A DNA stretch of 60,790 bases, taken from assembly GCA_016210845.1 (NCBI GenBank), contig JACQTK010000209.1, positions 1 to 60,790 on the forward strand. The letters run 5' to 3'. This document shows positions 18,091 through 26,792 of the stretch, piece after piece (the stretch's first letter is position 1; each line of letters opens with the position of its first letter). Source of the DNA: Acidobacteriota bacterium. GTDB lineage: Bacteria; Acidobacteriota; Vicinamibacteria; Vicinamibacterales; UBA2999. Both the position numbers and the translations under genes were made by a program. Under the pieces are notes generated by a model. That model was not told the DNA's origin, did not search any database, and saw nothing but the letters and a program-made list of their open reading frames with translations.

Positions 18091-20135
18091 GGCCGTGCGT
18101 CGGGCAGCTCGACCGGTCCCCCCACGCGCAGCGGGGGAGGCTGACGTCGCGGCGCCTCACGCCCGAGCCGGAGTACCGCCCGCGCCCCTCGCTCGATCGG
18201 GCTCCCCGGCGCCGGCTCCTGCCCGGTCACGATGCCCGTGCCGTACAGCTGCGCGTCGATCCCGAGCCCCGCCAGCGTCCGCAGCGCGTCACGCGCACCA
18301 AGCCCGCGCAGATCGGGAACGAGCGACGCAGACCCCGGGGACGCGCCGGCCAGCGTCACGATTGCCGGCATGGCGACGGCGGACGTCGCCCGCTCGCGCG
18401 GCTCGTCGTGGCGCGCCACCAGCAGCGGTGGATCCGCGTTGAGCGCAGGCGGCACGCCGTAATGACGAAGCGCGGCTTCCGCGATCCGCCGGACGATCGG
18501 CGCGGCGACCGAGCCGCCGTAGTAGAGGTTGCCGCCGTGCGGGGAGTCGATCACGACGACGATGGTGAAGACGGGCGCGCGCGAGGGAACGAATCCCACG
18601 AACGAGGCGTTGTAGTCGGACCGTGAATATCGGCCGTCGACGATCTTCTGGGCGGTCCCCGTCTTTCCGGCCACCGGATAACCGGGAATGCGCGCCCGCG
18701 TCCCGGTGCCGTGGTCTACCACCTGCTCCATGATGTCGGTGAGCAGCGCCGCGGTCCCCTCGGAAATCGCCCGCCTCACGACCTTGCGGGGGACCGGAAC
18801 CCGCGCGCCGTCATCGATGACCGCGCGCACCACGCGGGGCTCGACGAGCTCGCCGCCGTTGGCGATCGCGCTCACGGCCGTCGCCATCTGCAGCGGCGTC
18901 ACGGCGATCTGATAGCCCATCGAGACAGAGGCCAGCGCGCTGTCGTTCAGCTTCGCGGGATTCCAGACGATGCCGGGGCTCTCCGCCGGAAAGTCGGGGG
19001 ACGCGCGGCGCCCGAAGCCGAAGCGGCCGACGTACGCGCTCAAACGCTCGGGGCCGAGCCGCAGCCCGACCGTGATCGCCCCGACGTTGCTCGACTTGAC
19101 GATGACGTCGGTGAACGACAGCACGCCGTAGCGGTGATCGTCGTCTATTTGGCGGGAGCCGAAGCGGATCTGTCCCTCGCTGACGTCGATCGCATCGGAG
19201 GGGCCGACGACCTTCTCTTCGAACGCCGCCGACGCCGTCACGATCTTGAACGTCGACCCAGGCTCGTAGAGGTCCTGCACGGCCCGATTGCGCTGCGACT
19301 CCGGACGCGAGTCGCGGTACGCGTTGGGGTTGAAGGTCGGCCAGTTGGCCAGCGCCAGGATCTCCCCCGTCTTCGGATCCATCACGACGATCGAGCCCGC
19401 GGCCGCGCGGTTCTCCTCGACGCCGAGGCGCAGCTCCCGCTCGGCGACGTGCTGCAGGTACTGGTCGATCGTGAGCTCGAGCGTGGCGCCGGTGGTGGGA
19501 GGCCGCTCGACGCGGCTGAAGGCCTGGCGGCGCGCGTCGGTCTGAATCAGCACCGTCCCGGGCTGTCCTTTGATGAGCGAGTCGTAGGCGGCCTCGATGC
19601 CGTTCAAGCCCGTGTTGTCGACGCCGACGTAGCCGAGGACGTGAGCCGCGAGATCCTTGTTCGGGTAGAACCGGCGGTTCTCCTTCATGAACCCGATGCC
19701 AGCCAGCTGCAGCGCGGCGACGCGGCGGGCCTGATCGGGCGAGGCCTGGCGGCGGACGTACGCGAACGCGCGGCCCCGCCGGATTCGATCGGCGATGGCC
19801 TGACGCTCCCGCCCGGTGCAGTCCTCGAGGGCCCCGCAGAGGGCGGCGGCCGCCGTGTCGGGATTGTCGATTTCGGTGGGCACCGCGTAGATCGACTCGG
19901 CGTCCACGCTGTACGCCAGGACGCGGCCGCCGCGGTCGAGGATCTCGCCGCGCTTGGCGGGCGCCTCGATCGTCCGGCTCTGCTGGCGCTCGGCGCGCCC
20001 CGACAGGTCGTCGTGGCGGATGACCTGCAGGTAGACGAGCCGCGCCTCGATGGCAACGGACCACGCGAGCAGCGCCGCAGCAACCACGACGAGCCGGCGC
20101 TTCAGCGTCGTGCGCCAGGCAGCGGGGGGCGGCAT
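18087..20135 (-). CDS. ftsI: penicillin-binding protein FtsI (class B transpeptidase) with C-terminal PASTA domain
   Basis: 682 aa. Contains STFK (EPGSTFKIV), SSN and KTGT motifs. A PASTA-like segment LVPDLRGLG...VLRLG lies near the C-terminus. Confidence 0.93.
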   Translation of the reverse strand: MPPPAAWRTTLKRRLVVVAAALLAWSVAIEARLVYLQVIRHDDLSGRAERQQSRTIEAPAKRGEILDRGGRVLAYSVDAESIYAVPTEIDNPDTAAAALCGALEDCTGRERQAIADRIRRGRAFAYVRRQASPDQARRVAALQLAGIGFMKENRRFYPNKDLAAHVLGYVGVDNTGLNGIEAAYDSLIKGQPGTVLIQTDARRQAFSRVERPPTTGATLELTIDQYLQHVAERELRLGVEENRAAAGSIVVMDPKTGEILALANWPTFNPNAYRDSRPESQRNRAVQDLYEPGSTFKIVTASAAFEEKVVGPSDAIDVSEGQIRFGSRQIDDDHRYGVLSFTDVIVKSSNVGAITVGLRLGPERLSAYVGRFGFGRRASPDFPAESPGIVWNPAKLNDSALASVSMGYQIAVTPLQMATAVSAIANGGELVEPRVVRAVIDDGARVPVPRKVVRRAISEGTAALLTDIMEQVVDHGTGTRARIPGYPVAGKTGTAQKIVDGRYSRSDYNASFVGFVPSRAPVFTIVVVIDSPHGGNLYYGGSVAAPIVRRIAEAALRHYGVPPALNADPPLLVARHDEPRERATSAVAMPAIVTLAGASPGSASLVPDLRGLGARDALRTLAGLGIDAQLYGTGIVTGQEPAPGSPIERGARAVLRLGREAPRRQPPPLRVGGPVELPDARP

Positions 20136-20139
20136 CGTG

Positions 20140-20532
20140 CTACCGGCGGGCGACCACCGAGCCCGGTGGATCGGACGCGGGCAGCACGCGCTCGATCACC
20201 GTGGCGTCGCCCGGCCCGGGCGCGACCATCCGGAGGCGCTCGGTGGCCAGACGCTCGATGCGCGCTGGCGCGCGCAGCGTCTCGATCTCCAGCCGCAGGT
20301 GCCGGTTGATCTCGGCCTCGGCCGCGCGCTCCTGCTGCATCTGCCCGTCGCGATACCCGTACCGCAGCAGCTCGAAGTGCTGCCACGCCGAAAACAGCAG
20401 CACGGCGACGAGAAAGACCGCCAGGGCCGCCGACCGCCACATCTCGCGGTGCCGATCGCGATCGACCTCGCGCACGATCGGGTTGTTGCGAACGTCCTTC
20501 TTGATTGCGTACTCGAAGGTGTCAGCCATCAT
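20140..20532 (-). CDS. ftsL: cell division protein FtsL
   Basis: ORF 20140..20736 trimmed to ATG 20532 (MMADTFEY), which overlaps the rsmH stop as ATGA. 130 aa with one TM segment followed by a coiled-coil-like region. Located between rsmH and ftsI. Confidence 0.7.
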   Translation of the reverse strand: MMADTFEYAIKKDVRNNPIVREVDRDRHREMWRSAALAVFLVAVLLFSAWQHFELLRYGYRDGQMQQERAAEAEINRHLRLEIETLRAPARIERLATERLRMVAPGPGDATVIERVLPASDPPGSVVARR

Positions 20533-21413
20533 GCTGTCCGCCGCTCTGCCGCGCGCAGCTTGGCGCTCCGCGCGCGGGAATTCCGTTCGACTTCCGCCTC
20601 GCTCGGGACCACGGGCCGCTTGGTCCGGATCGTCAGCCCTGTCTCGCCGCCCGACTGGAGCGCCCGGAACGTGTGCTTCACGATGCGGTCCTCCAGCGAG
20701 TGAAACGTGATCACCACGATCCGTCCTCCGGGACACAGCCGGCGAACCGCCTGGGTCAAGAAGGCGTCGAGCCCTTCCAGCTCCCGGTTCACCCAGATGC
20801 GGATCGCCTGAAACGTCCGCGTCGCGGGGTCGATCCGCGAGTACCCCCTGCGAGGCACCGCGCGCCGCACGATCTCGGCCAGCCTCCCCGTGGTCTCGAC
20901 CGGCGCCCGCATCCTGCCCTCGACAATGGCGCGCGCAATCCGGCGGGCGTGCCGTTCTTCGCCGAACTCGTAGATCACGCCGCCGAGCGTTCGCTCGTCG
21001 GCGTCGCGAATGGCGTCGGCTGCCGTTGGCCCTGCCGTCGTGTCCATCCGCATGTCGAGCGGCTCGTCACGCTTGAAGCTGAACCCCCGCCCGGGCTGGT
21101 CGAGCTGCATCGACGACACGCCGAGGTCCGCGAGCACCCCATCGACCGCCGGGATGCCGCGCGCGTCGAGCAGCTCGTCCAGGCGCCGGTAGTCGCCGTG
21201 CACCAGCTCGACACGATCGCCGTACTCGCGCAGCGTCTCGGCGGCCGCCGCGAGCGCTCCAGGGTCGCGATCGAGCCCGATCAGCCGCGAGGCGCCCGCT
21301 TCCAGCAGCGCGCGTGCGTGTCCGCCCAGGCCCACGGTGCAGTCGACGAAGACGCCGCCGCGGGCCGGCTCCAGGTGCTCCAGCACCTCCGCGACCATGA
21401 CCGGTTCGTGCAC
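20529..21413 (-). CDS. rsmH: 16S rRNA (cytosine1402-N4)-methyltransferase
   Basis: 294 aa with GTG start. Contains HEPVMVAEVLE, DCTVGLGGH and NPRARSAKLR-like (NSRARSAKLR) motifs. Confidence 0.95.
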   Translation of the reverse strand: MHEPVMVAEVLEHLEPARGGVFVDCTVGLGGHARALLEAGASRLIGLDRDPGALAAAAETLREYGDRVELVHGDYRRLDELLDARGIPAVDGVLADLGVSSMQLDQPGRGFSFKRDEPLDMRMDTTAGPTAADAIRDADERTLGGVIYEFGEERHARRIARAIVEGRMRAPVETTGRLAEIVRRAVPRRGYSRIDPATRTFQAIRIWVNRELEGLDAFLTQAVRRLCPGGRIVVITFHSLEDRIVKHTFRALQSGGETGLTIRTKRPVVPSEAEVERNSRARSAKLRAAERRTA

Positions 21414-21421
21414 GGCTTACA

Positions 21422-21498
21422 CAAGGCCCAAGGCCCAAAGCCCGAGGCCCGATGACAGGCGCGGTGGAACGTTGTGCCTTGGGCCCTGGGCCTTGGGC
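21422..21498. repeat. palindromic element, GGCCC(A/T)GGGCC family, in the mraZ-rsmH spacer
   Basis: The left arm caaggcccaaggcccaaagcccgaggccc and right arm gccttgggccctgggccttgggc can form a stem of roughly 14-20 bp. Confidence 0.6.
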
Positions 21499-21515
21499 AT
21501 TGAGCATCGCTCCGT

Positions 21516-21968
21516 TCAGACCCCGTGGTCCGACAGCTTCAAGCCGTCCTCGTCCATCCACGGCTCGCGCTGGAGCTTCTGCGCGAACCGCTGCTCGTTC
21601 CACACCTCGAGATAATCGATGCGCCCGAAGACGCGCACGTCGCCGACAATGGACGCGCTGTCGCGCAGATGCGCGGGAATCACGACGCGTCCCTGACCGT
21701 CGAGCTCGCCCGTCTGGCCGTAGTAGTTCACCCGGTCGAGGAACTTGAGACGCGACGGATGGTTGGCGGGCATCTGCGAGAGCTTGCGTTCGATCTCGAG
21801 CCACACCTGCATCGGATAGATGCGGACGCACTCGCCGGTCAGGCTCGTGACGAACACGTCGGCGCCCTGCTGGTCCTGGATGAGACTCCGAAACACCGTC
21901 GGCACCTTCAGCCGGCCTTTGTCGTCGATGCGGGCCGGAGAGCTGCCTCTCAGCCCTCTTTGCTCCAC
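21516..21968 (-). CDS. mraZ: transcriptional regulator MraZ
   Basis: ORF 21516..22037 trimmed to GTG 21968 (VEQRGLRGSSPARIDDKGRLKVP), with GGAG 4 nt upstream. This gives 150 aa with two DxxxR-type (DDKGRL / DGQGRV) half-domains. It is the first gene of the dcw cluster. Confidence 0.9.
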   Translation of the reverse strand: MEQRGLRGSSPARIDDKGRLKVPTVFRSLIQDQQGADVFVTSLTGECVRIYPMQVWLEIERKLSQMPANHPSRLKFLDRVNYYGQTGELDGQGRVVIPAHLRDSASIVGDVRVFGRIDYLEVWNEQRFAQKLQREPWMDEDGLKLSDHGV

Positions 21969-21988
21969 TTTGCTCCACAAAAATCCAC
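21954..21988 (-). promoter_or_regulatory. candidate MraZ operator: GTGGA direct repeats at 10-bp phasing
   Basis: On the minus strand GTGGA occurs at 21988-21984, 21978-21974 and 21968-21964, plus a degenerate GAGGG at 21958-21954. The spacing is exactly 10 bp. The array begins 5 nt after the predicted -10. Confidence 0.5.
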
Positions 21989-21992
21989 ACGG

Positions 21993-22022
21993 ATAGTAAG
22001 GCCGAGCGAAACCGAATGTCAA
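21993..22022 (-). promoter_or_regulatory. sigma70-like promoter of the dcw cluster
   Basis: Minus strand TTGACA (22022-22017), an 18-nt spacer, then TACTAT (21998-21993). It is an unusually AT-rich consensus-like match in a GC-rich context. Confidence 0.5.
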
Positions 22023-22147
22023 CCATAAGCCACTCACAGAGCGTGAGTTACGTCAAACTTTCGCCACCGCTTTCGATATGTTGGGGTGTGCGAGCCCAGG
22101 AACCCCACCATCCGCGGCACGCCGGATCGCGATAGGCTGGCCCACTC

Positions 22148-23236
22148 ATGCTGCATGCGGCGCTCATCGGCTACCCGTCGAGCGGGAAGACCACCCTGTT
22201 CCAGTTGATGACGAGCGCGCATGAAGCGCCCCGGGGCAAGAGTGACGTCTCGATCGGCATCTCCAAGGTGCCCGACGCGAGGCTCGATCGGCTGACCGCG
22301 ATGTACAACCCGCGCAAGCGGGTGCCCGCCACGGTGGAGTTCACCGATCTCGTGGCGACGACGCGCCCGGGCGCGCACGCGCTGGTGGACGTGGCCGGCT
22401 ACAAGAACGCCGACGCGCTCGTGCACGTCGTGCGCGCGTTCCGCGATCCGGCGGTGCCGCACCCCTCGGGCTCCATCGATCCGTCGCGCGACGCGCGTGC
22501 GATGGAGGACGAGCTGATCCTCGCGGATCTGAGCGTCGCCGAACGGCGCCTCGAGCGAATCGAGAAGGATCTGAAAAAGGGACGGTCGGGGGACCTCGAG
22601 AAGGAGCGCGACCTCGTGCAGCGCTGCAGTCAGGCGCTCGAGCGTGGCCAGCCGCTTCGCGCGCTCGAGCTGGCATCCGACGACCTCAAACGGCTGCGCG
22701 GCTTTCAGTTCCTGTCGGCCAAGCCGCTGCTGCTCGTCATCAACCTGGACGAGGCCGACGTCGCCGCCATCGGCGCCAGTGTCGAGCGCGCCGCCGAGCG
22801 AGCCACGCTCACGGAGTTCCTGGCGCACGCCGCCACGGGCGCGGTGGCACTGTGCGGCCGGATCGAGCTCGAGATTGCCCAGCTCGAGCCAGCCGATGCG
22901 GCGGCGTTCCTGGCCGATCTGGGCTTGTCGGAATCCGGCCTCGACCGCGTGATCCGGGCGACCTACGACCTGCTCGGTTACATCTCGTTCTTCACCGTGG
23001 GCGAGGACGAGTGTCGCGCGTGGTCGATCGCACGGGGCACGCCCGCCCAGGCGGCCGCGGGCGAGATCCATACCGACATCGCGCGGGGCTTCATCCGCGC
23101 GGAGGTCGTGCCCTACGACGCGCTGGTCGCCCGCGGCTCGATGGCCGCGTGCCGCGAGCACGGCGAGGTCCGCCTGGAGGGCAAGGAGTACGTCGTCCTG
23201 GACGGCGATATCATCAACTTCCGGTTTGCGACGTAA
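22148..23236 (+). CDS. ychF: redox-regulated ATPase YchF (Obg-family GTPase-like)
   Basis: 362 aa with the G1 motif GYPSSGKTTLF. The C-terminal end EGKEYVVLDGDIINFRF is typical of YchF. Confidence 0.93.
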   Translation: MLHAALIGYPSSGKTTLFQLMTSAHEAPRGKSDVSIGISKVPDARLDRLTAMYNPRKRVPATVEFTDLVATTRPGAHALVDVAGYKNADALVHVVRAFRDPAVPHPSGSIDPSRDARAMEDELILADLSVAERRLERIEKDLKKGRSGDLEKERDLVQRCSQALERGQPLRALELASDDLKRLRGFQFLSAKPLLLVINLDEADVAAIGASVERAAERATLTEFLAHAATGAVALCGRIELEIAQLEPADAAAFLADLGLSESGLDRVIRATYDLLGYISFFTVGEDECRAWSIARGTPAQAAAGEIHTDIARGFIRAEVVPYDALVARGSMAACREHGEVRLEGKEYVVLDGDIINFRFAT

Positions 23237-23243
23237 TGAGCAC

Positions 23244-24275
23244 GTGCGGATAGTCGTCGCCGAGGCCCAGGTGCCGTTCGTGCAGGGCGGGGCGGAGCTG
23301 CACGTGCGGTCGCTCATCGAGCAGTTGCGGCGCCGCGGCCACGAGGTGGAGAAGGTGGCGCTGCCCTTCCGGCCGCAGCCCACGTCGGAGCTGCTGGCGC
23401 AGGCCGCCGCGTGGCGGCTGCTCGACCTGTCGACGAGCAACGGACGGCCCATCGACCTGCTGATCGCCACGCGGTTTCCCACGTACTTCGCGCGTCATCC
23501 ACGCAAGGTTGCGTGGGTCATCCACCAGCACCGGGCCGCGTACGAGCTGTGCGGAACCGAGTACAGCGACTTCGAGCACACGGAAGCCGACGTGGGCCTG
23601 CGGCAGCGGCTGCTCGAGCTCGATCGGCGCATGCTCGGCGAGTGCCGACGCGTCTTCGCCAACGCGCAGAACACGGCGAACCGGCTGATGAAGTACAACG
23701 GCGTCGCCGCCACCGCGCTCTACCACCCGCCGCCGCTCGCCGACCGCCTGCATCCTGGTGACTACGGCGACTACGCGCTCGTGGTCGGGCGCCTCGAGCC
23801 CGTGAAGCGTCCGGACCTGGCCATCCGCGCGATGGCGCACGTGCCGCCGCCGACGCGCCTGGTCGTCGTCGGCGAGGGCTCGCAGCGCGCCGCCGCCGAG
23901 AAGATTGCGGCAGACTGCGGGGTGGGCGATCGCGTGACCTTTGCAGGCGCCGCCGATGGCGATGCCCTGGTGGCGCTGTACGCGGGCGCTCGCGCCGTCG
24001 TGTATGCCCCCTTCGACGAGGACTACGGATACGTGACGCTCGAAGCGTTCCTGAGCGTCAAGCCGGTGGTCACGGCCGCCGATTCGGGCGGCACGCTCGA
24101 GTTCGTGCGCGACGGGGAGAACGGCTTCGTCTGCGCGCCCGATTCCGCGGCGATCGGCCAGGCGATCGCACGGCTGGCCGCCGACAGGGCGCTCGCCGCG
24201 CGCCTCGGACAGCACGGCCTGGCGCGGGCGCGGAGGGTCACGTGGGAGGGCGTCGTGGAGCAACTGCTTGGCTGA
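23244..24275 (+). CDS. glycosyltransferase family 4 (GT-B, group 1)
   Basis: ORF 23226..24275. GTG 23244 (VRIVVAEAQVPFVQGGAE) avoids overlap with ychF. The C-terminal EDYGYVTLEAF...ENGF motif is the EX7E region of GT4 enzymes. Confidence 0.85.
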   Translation: MRIVVAEAQVPFVQGGAELHVRSLIEQLRRRGHEVEKVALPFRPQPTSELLAQAAAWRLLDLSTSNGRPIDLLIATRFPTYFARHPRKVAWVIHQHRAAYELCGTEYSDFEHTEADVGLRQRLLELDRRMLGECRRVFANAQNTANRLMKYNGVAATALYHPPPLADRLHPGDYGDYALVVGRLEPVKRPDLAIRAMAHVPPPTRLVVVGEGSQRAAAEKIAADCGVGDRVTFAGAADGDALVALYAGARAVVYAPFDEDYGYVTLEAFLSVKPVVTAADSGGTLEFVRDGENGFVCAPDSAAIGQAIARLAADRALAARLGQHGLARARRVTWEGVVEQLLG

Positions 24276-25140
24276 CCCCTCATCCGTGTCGGTGGTGATT
24301 CCGGCGCTGAACGAGGCAGGCGTGATTGGCGACGTCGTGGCGCGGCTCCGCGCGAGCGCGCCCTGGCGCGAGATACTCGTCATCGACGACGGATCCCTCG
24401 ACGCCACGGGAGAGCGGGCGCGCGCCGCGGGCGCGCGCGTCATCCGTCATCCCTACACCAAGGGCAACGGCGCAGCGGTCAAGACCGGGATCCGGAACGC
24501 CGGCAGCGAGTTCATCCTGATCGTCGACGCCGACGGCCAGCACCCGCCGGAGGATGCGCGCGTCCTGGTCGATCGGCTCGGCGAATACGACCTGGTGGTC
24601 GGCGCCCGCGCCCCCTCGACGCACGCCTCGCTGGGACGGCGCGTGGGCAATGCGCTGCTGAACCATCTGGCCGGTCATCTGGCCGGCCGGCCGATTCCCG
24701 ACCTGACCTCGGGCTTCCGCGGCGCCCGCCGCGAGCACCTTCGCGAGTTCCTGCATCTGCTGCCAAACGGATTCTCCACGCCCACCACGACCACCCTGGC
24801 ATTCATCCGCGCGGGCTACAACGTCGCGTTCGAGCCGATCGACGCGCGGCCCCGCACGGGGCAGTCGAAGATCCGCTTCGCACGCGATGGGGCGCGCTTC
24901 TTTCTGATCCTGCTCACGATCGTCACGATCTTCAGCCCGCTCCGCCTGTTCGTCCCGCTGAGCCTCGTCTCGGGATCCGTCGGCGTGCTCTACGGCGTGG
25001 GGAACGTGGCCGTCACCGGCCGCATCCCCAATGGCGCCGTGCTGCTGATCCTGTTCGGCGTCCTCGTGTTCCTCGTCGGCCTGGTGTCGGAACAGGTGGC
25101 GGCGCTGCGCTTCGAGGGGCCACGGGACGGTCGGCAGTAA
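24268..25140 (+). CDS. GT2 polyprenyl-phosphate glycosyltransferase (GtrB/ArnC/DPM1-like) with two C-terminal TM helices
   Basis: 290 aa. Contains VVIPALNE, DDGSLD and DADGQH motifs, with hydrophobic C-terminal helices ending in EQVAALR. The start is ambiguous (TTG 24268 or GTG 24286). Confidence 0.85.
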   Translation: MADPSSVSVVIPALNEAGVIGDVVARLRASAPWREILVIDDGSLDATGERARAAGARVIRHPYTKGNGAAVKTGIRNAGSEFILIVDADGQHPPEDARVLVDRLGEYDLVVGARAPSTHASLGRRVGNALLNHLAGHLAGRPIPDLTSGFRGARREHLREFLHLLPNGFSTPTTTTLAFIRAGYNVAFEPIDARPRTGQSKIRFARDGARFFLILLTIVTIFSPLRLFVPLSLVSGSVGVLYGVGNVAVTGRIPNGAVLLILFGVLVFLVGLVSEQVAALRFEGPRDGRQ

Positions 25141-25175
25141 GCGGTAGGCAGCAGGCAGCGATCGGCTGGCCACGC

Positions 25176-25907
25176 ATGCGCCCGCTCGTCATCGTCCCCA
25201 CCTACAACGAGCGCGACAACCTGCCGCTGATCGTCGGCCGGCTGCTCGAGATACCCGACCTGCGGGTTCTCGTGGTGGACGATGACTCGCCCGACGGGAC
25301 GGGGAAGGTGGCCGACGGGCTGGCGCACGCGAGCGGAGATCGTGTGTCGGTCCTGCACCGGACCGGTCCGCGTGGGCTCGGCCTCTCGTACATCGACGGC
25401 ATGCGCCAGGCCCTGCGCGGCGACGCGACCCACATCTGTCAGATGGACGCGGATCTCTCCCACGATCCGGCCGACGTGCCCCGCCTGCTCGCACGGGCCG
25501 CAGCGACGGACCTGGTGATTGGTTCCCGCTACGTGCCAGGAGGGCGGATTGAAAACTGGCCGAAGCGGCGGACGCTGCTCAGCGCGTTCGCCAATCGCTA
25601 CGTCCGCTGGCTCACCGGACTCCGCATTCACGATGGCACCAGCGGCTTTCGATGCTGGCGTCGCGAGGCCATCGAGCGCCTGCCGCTCGACCGCCTGGCC
25701 TCGGACGGATATGCCTTTCTGGTGGAGCTCGCCTGGGAGGCGCGGGCGACGGGGTGCTCCATCGCCGAAGTGCCCATCACCTTCGTCGAACGCCGCCAGG
25801 GTGCGTCCAAGCTGTCCGCAGGGGTCGTCTGGGAGTCCGCGCTCCTGCCCTGGCGCCTCGCGGCCCGCAGACTGATGCGGGCCGGGCGGACCTACAGGCG
25901 GACCTGA
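25176..25907 (+). CDS. polyprenol-phosphate mannosyltransferase-like GT2 (Ppm1/DPM1 type)
   Basis: 243 aa. Contains VIVPTYNERDNL, VVDDDSPDGTG and QMDADLSHDP motifs. Confidence 0.85.
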   Translation: MRPLVIVPTYNERDNLPLIVGRLLEIPDLRVLVVDDDSPDGTGKVADGLAHASGDRVSVLHRTGPRGLGLSYIDGMRQALRGDATHICQMDADLSHDPADVPRLLARAAATDLVIGSRYVPGGRIENWPKRRTLLSAFANRYVRWLTGLRIHDGTSGFRCWRREAIERLPLDRLASDGYAFLVELAWEARATGCSIAEVPITFVERRQGASKLSAGVVWESALLPWRLAARRLMRAGRTYRRT

Positions 25908-25934
25908 AGGTCCGCCTTCCTTCAGGTCCGTCCC
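25884..25934. repeat. nested hairpin, GGC(C/G)GACCT family
   Basis: Structure: gggcggacct-aca-[ggcggacct-ga-aggtccgcc]-ttccttc-aggtccgtccc. It overlaps the last codons and stop of the Ppm-like gene. Confidence 0.6.
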
Positions 25935-25994
25935 TGGCTCATCAAGCTCGTCCTTGTCCGGAACCTCTGTCCGGGCTAGCATTTAAACCCCCTC

Positions 25995-26792
25995 ATGACT
26001 TCCGCGAGCAGCCGGCCCCCCGGGCTCAGCATGTTCTTCCCCGCCTATAACGACGGCGGGACGATCGCCAGCCTCGTGATCCGGGCGGTCCAGGTGATCA
26101 GCCGCCTGACACCCGACTTCGAGGTCATCGTGGTCAACGACGGGAGCACGGACGGGACTGGGGAGATCGCGGACGAACTGGCCAGGATGTATTCCCAGGT
26201 GCGCGTGGTCCACCATCCACGCAACCGCGGGTACGGCGGGGCGCTTCGTACCGGCTTCGCCTCGGCCACGCGCGGGCTGATCGCCTACACCGATGGCGAT
26301 GCCCAGTACGATCCCTCGGAGATCGAGGTGCTGTGGAAGCGCCTCACGCCGGAAGTGGACATGGTCACCGGCTACAAGATCAGCCGGTCGGATCCCTGGC
26401 ATCGAATCGTGATCGGCCGCATCTATCACTACACGGTCAAGGTGATGTTCGGCCTCCGGGTCCGGGACGTGGATTGCGACTTCCGGCTGATGCGGCGCGA
26501 GATCTTCGATCGCGTGAAGCTCGAGCGCGACACGGGCGTCATCTGTCTCGAGATGATGCGCAAGATCCAGGACGCGGGCTTCCGCGTCGTGGAGGTCCCC
26601 GTCCACCACTTCCATCGGACCTACGGCCGGTCGCAGTTCTTCAACGTGCGCCGGATCTTCTGGACGGGCGTGGACGTGCTGAAGCTGTGGCTGCGGCTGG
26701 TCGTCCTCGGCCGCGGGCGCCAGAGCACGGCGGTGCTGTTCCACAATCCCACGATCGAAGGCGCCACGCCCCCGGAGTCGATGAAGCGATGA
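25995..26792 (+). CDS. GT2 glycosyltransferase (DPM1-like, soluble type)
   Basis: 265 aa. Contains FFPAYNDGG, VVNDGSTDGT and TDGDAQYDP motifs. Confidence 0.85.
   Translation: MTSASSRPPGLSMFFPAYNDGGTIASLVIRAVQVISRLTPDFEVIVVNDGSTDGTGEIADELARMYSQVRVVHHPRNRGYGGALRTGFASATRGLIAYTDGDAQYDPSEIEVLWKRLTPEVDMVTGYKISRSDPWHRIVIGRIYHYTVKVMFGLRVRDVDCDFRLMRREIFDRVKLERDTGVICLEMMRKIQDAGFRVVEVPVHHFHRTYGRSQFFNVRRIFWTGVDVLKLWLRLVVLGRGRQSTAVLFHNPTIEGATPPESMKR

Noticed and set aside
20555-20580. ggcgctccgcgcgcg inside rsmH, resembling the ggcgcgc-tcc-gcgcgcc module of the mosaic element.
   Set aside because: It encodes the conserved RsmH C-terminal motif (ARSAKLRAAER). The similarity is most likely coincidental GC-rich sequence.
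20533-20736. Upstream extension of the ftsL ORF (and similarly 8295..9170 for ftsQ, 2084..2194 for pgeF, 21969..22037 for mraZ).
   Set aside because: The extensions overlap the preceding genes in another frame. The internal starts give canonical ATGA/GTGA coupling or typical protein lengths.
22034-24443. Long minus-strand ORFs (22034..23482 and 23214..24443) opposite ychF and the GT4 gene.
   Set aside because: The plus-strand genes carry strong family motifs. The antisense ORFs are low-complexity and lack motifs.
25137-25175. GGCAGTA/GGCAGCA heptad-like run in the GT2-Ppm spacer, as a further palindromic element.
   Set aside because: It is related in composition to the GTAGGCAGT family, but I could not find a complementary arm. 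It is too short and degenerate to call.
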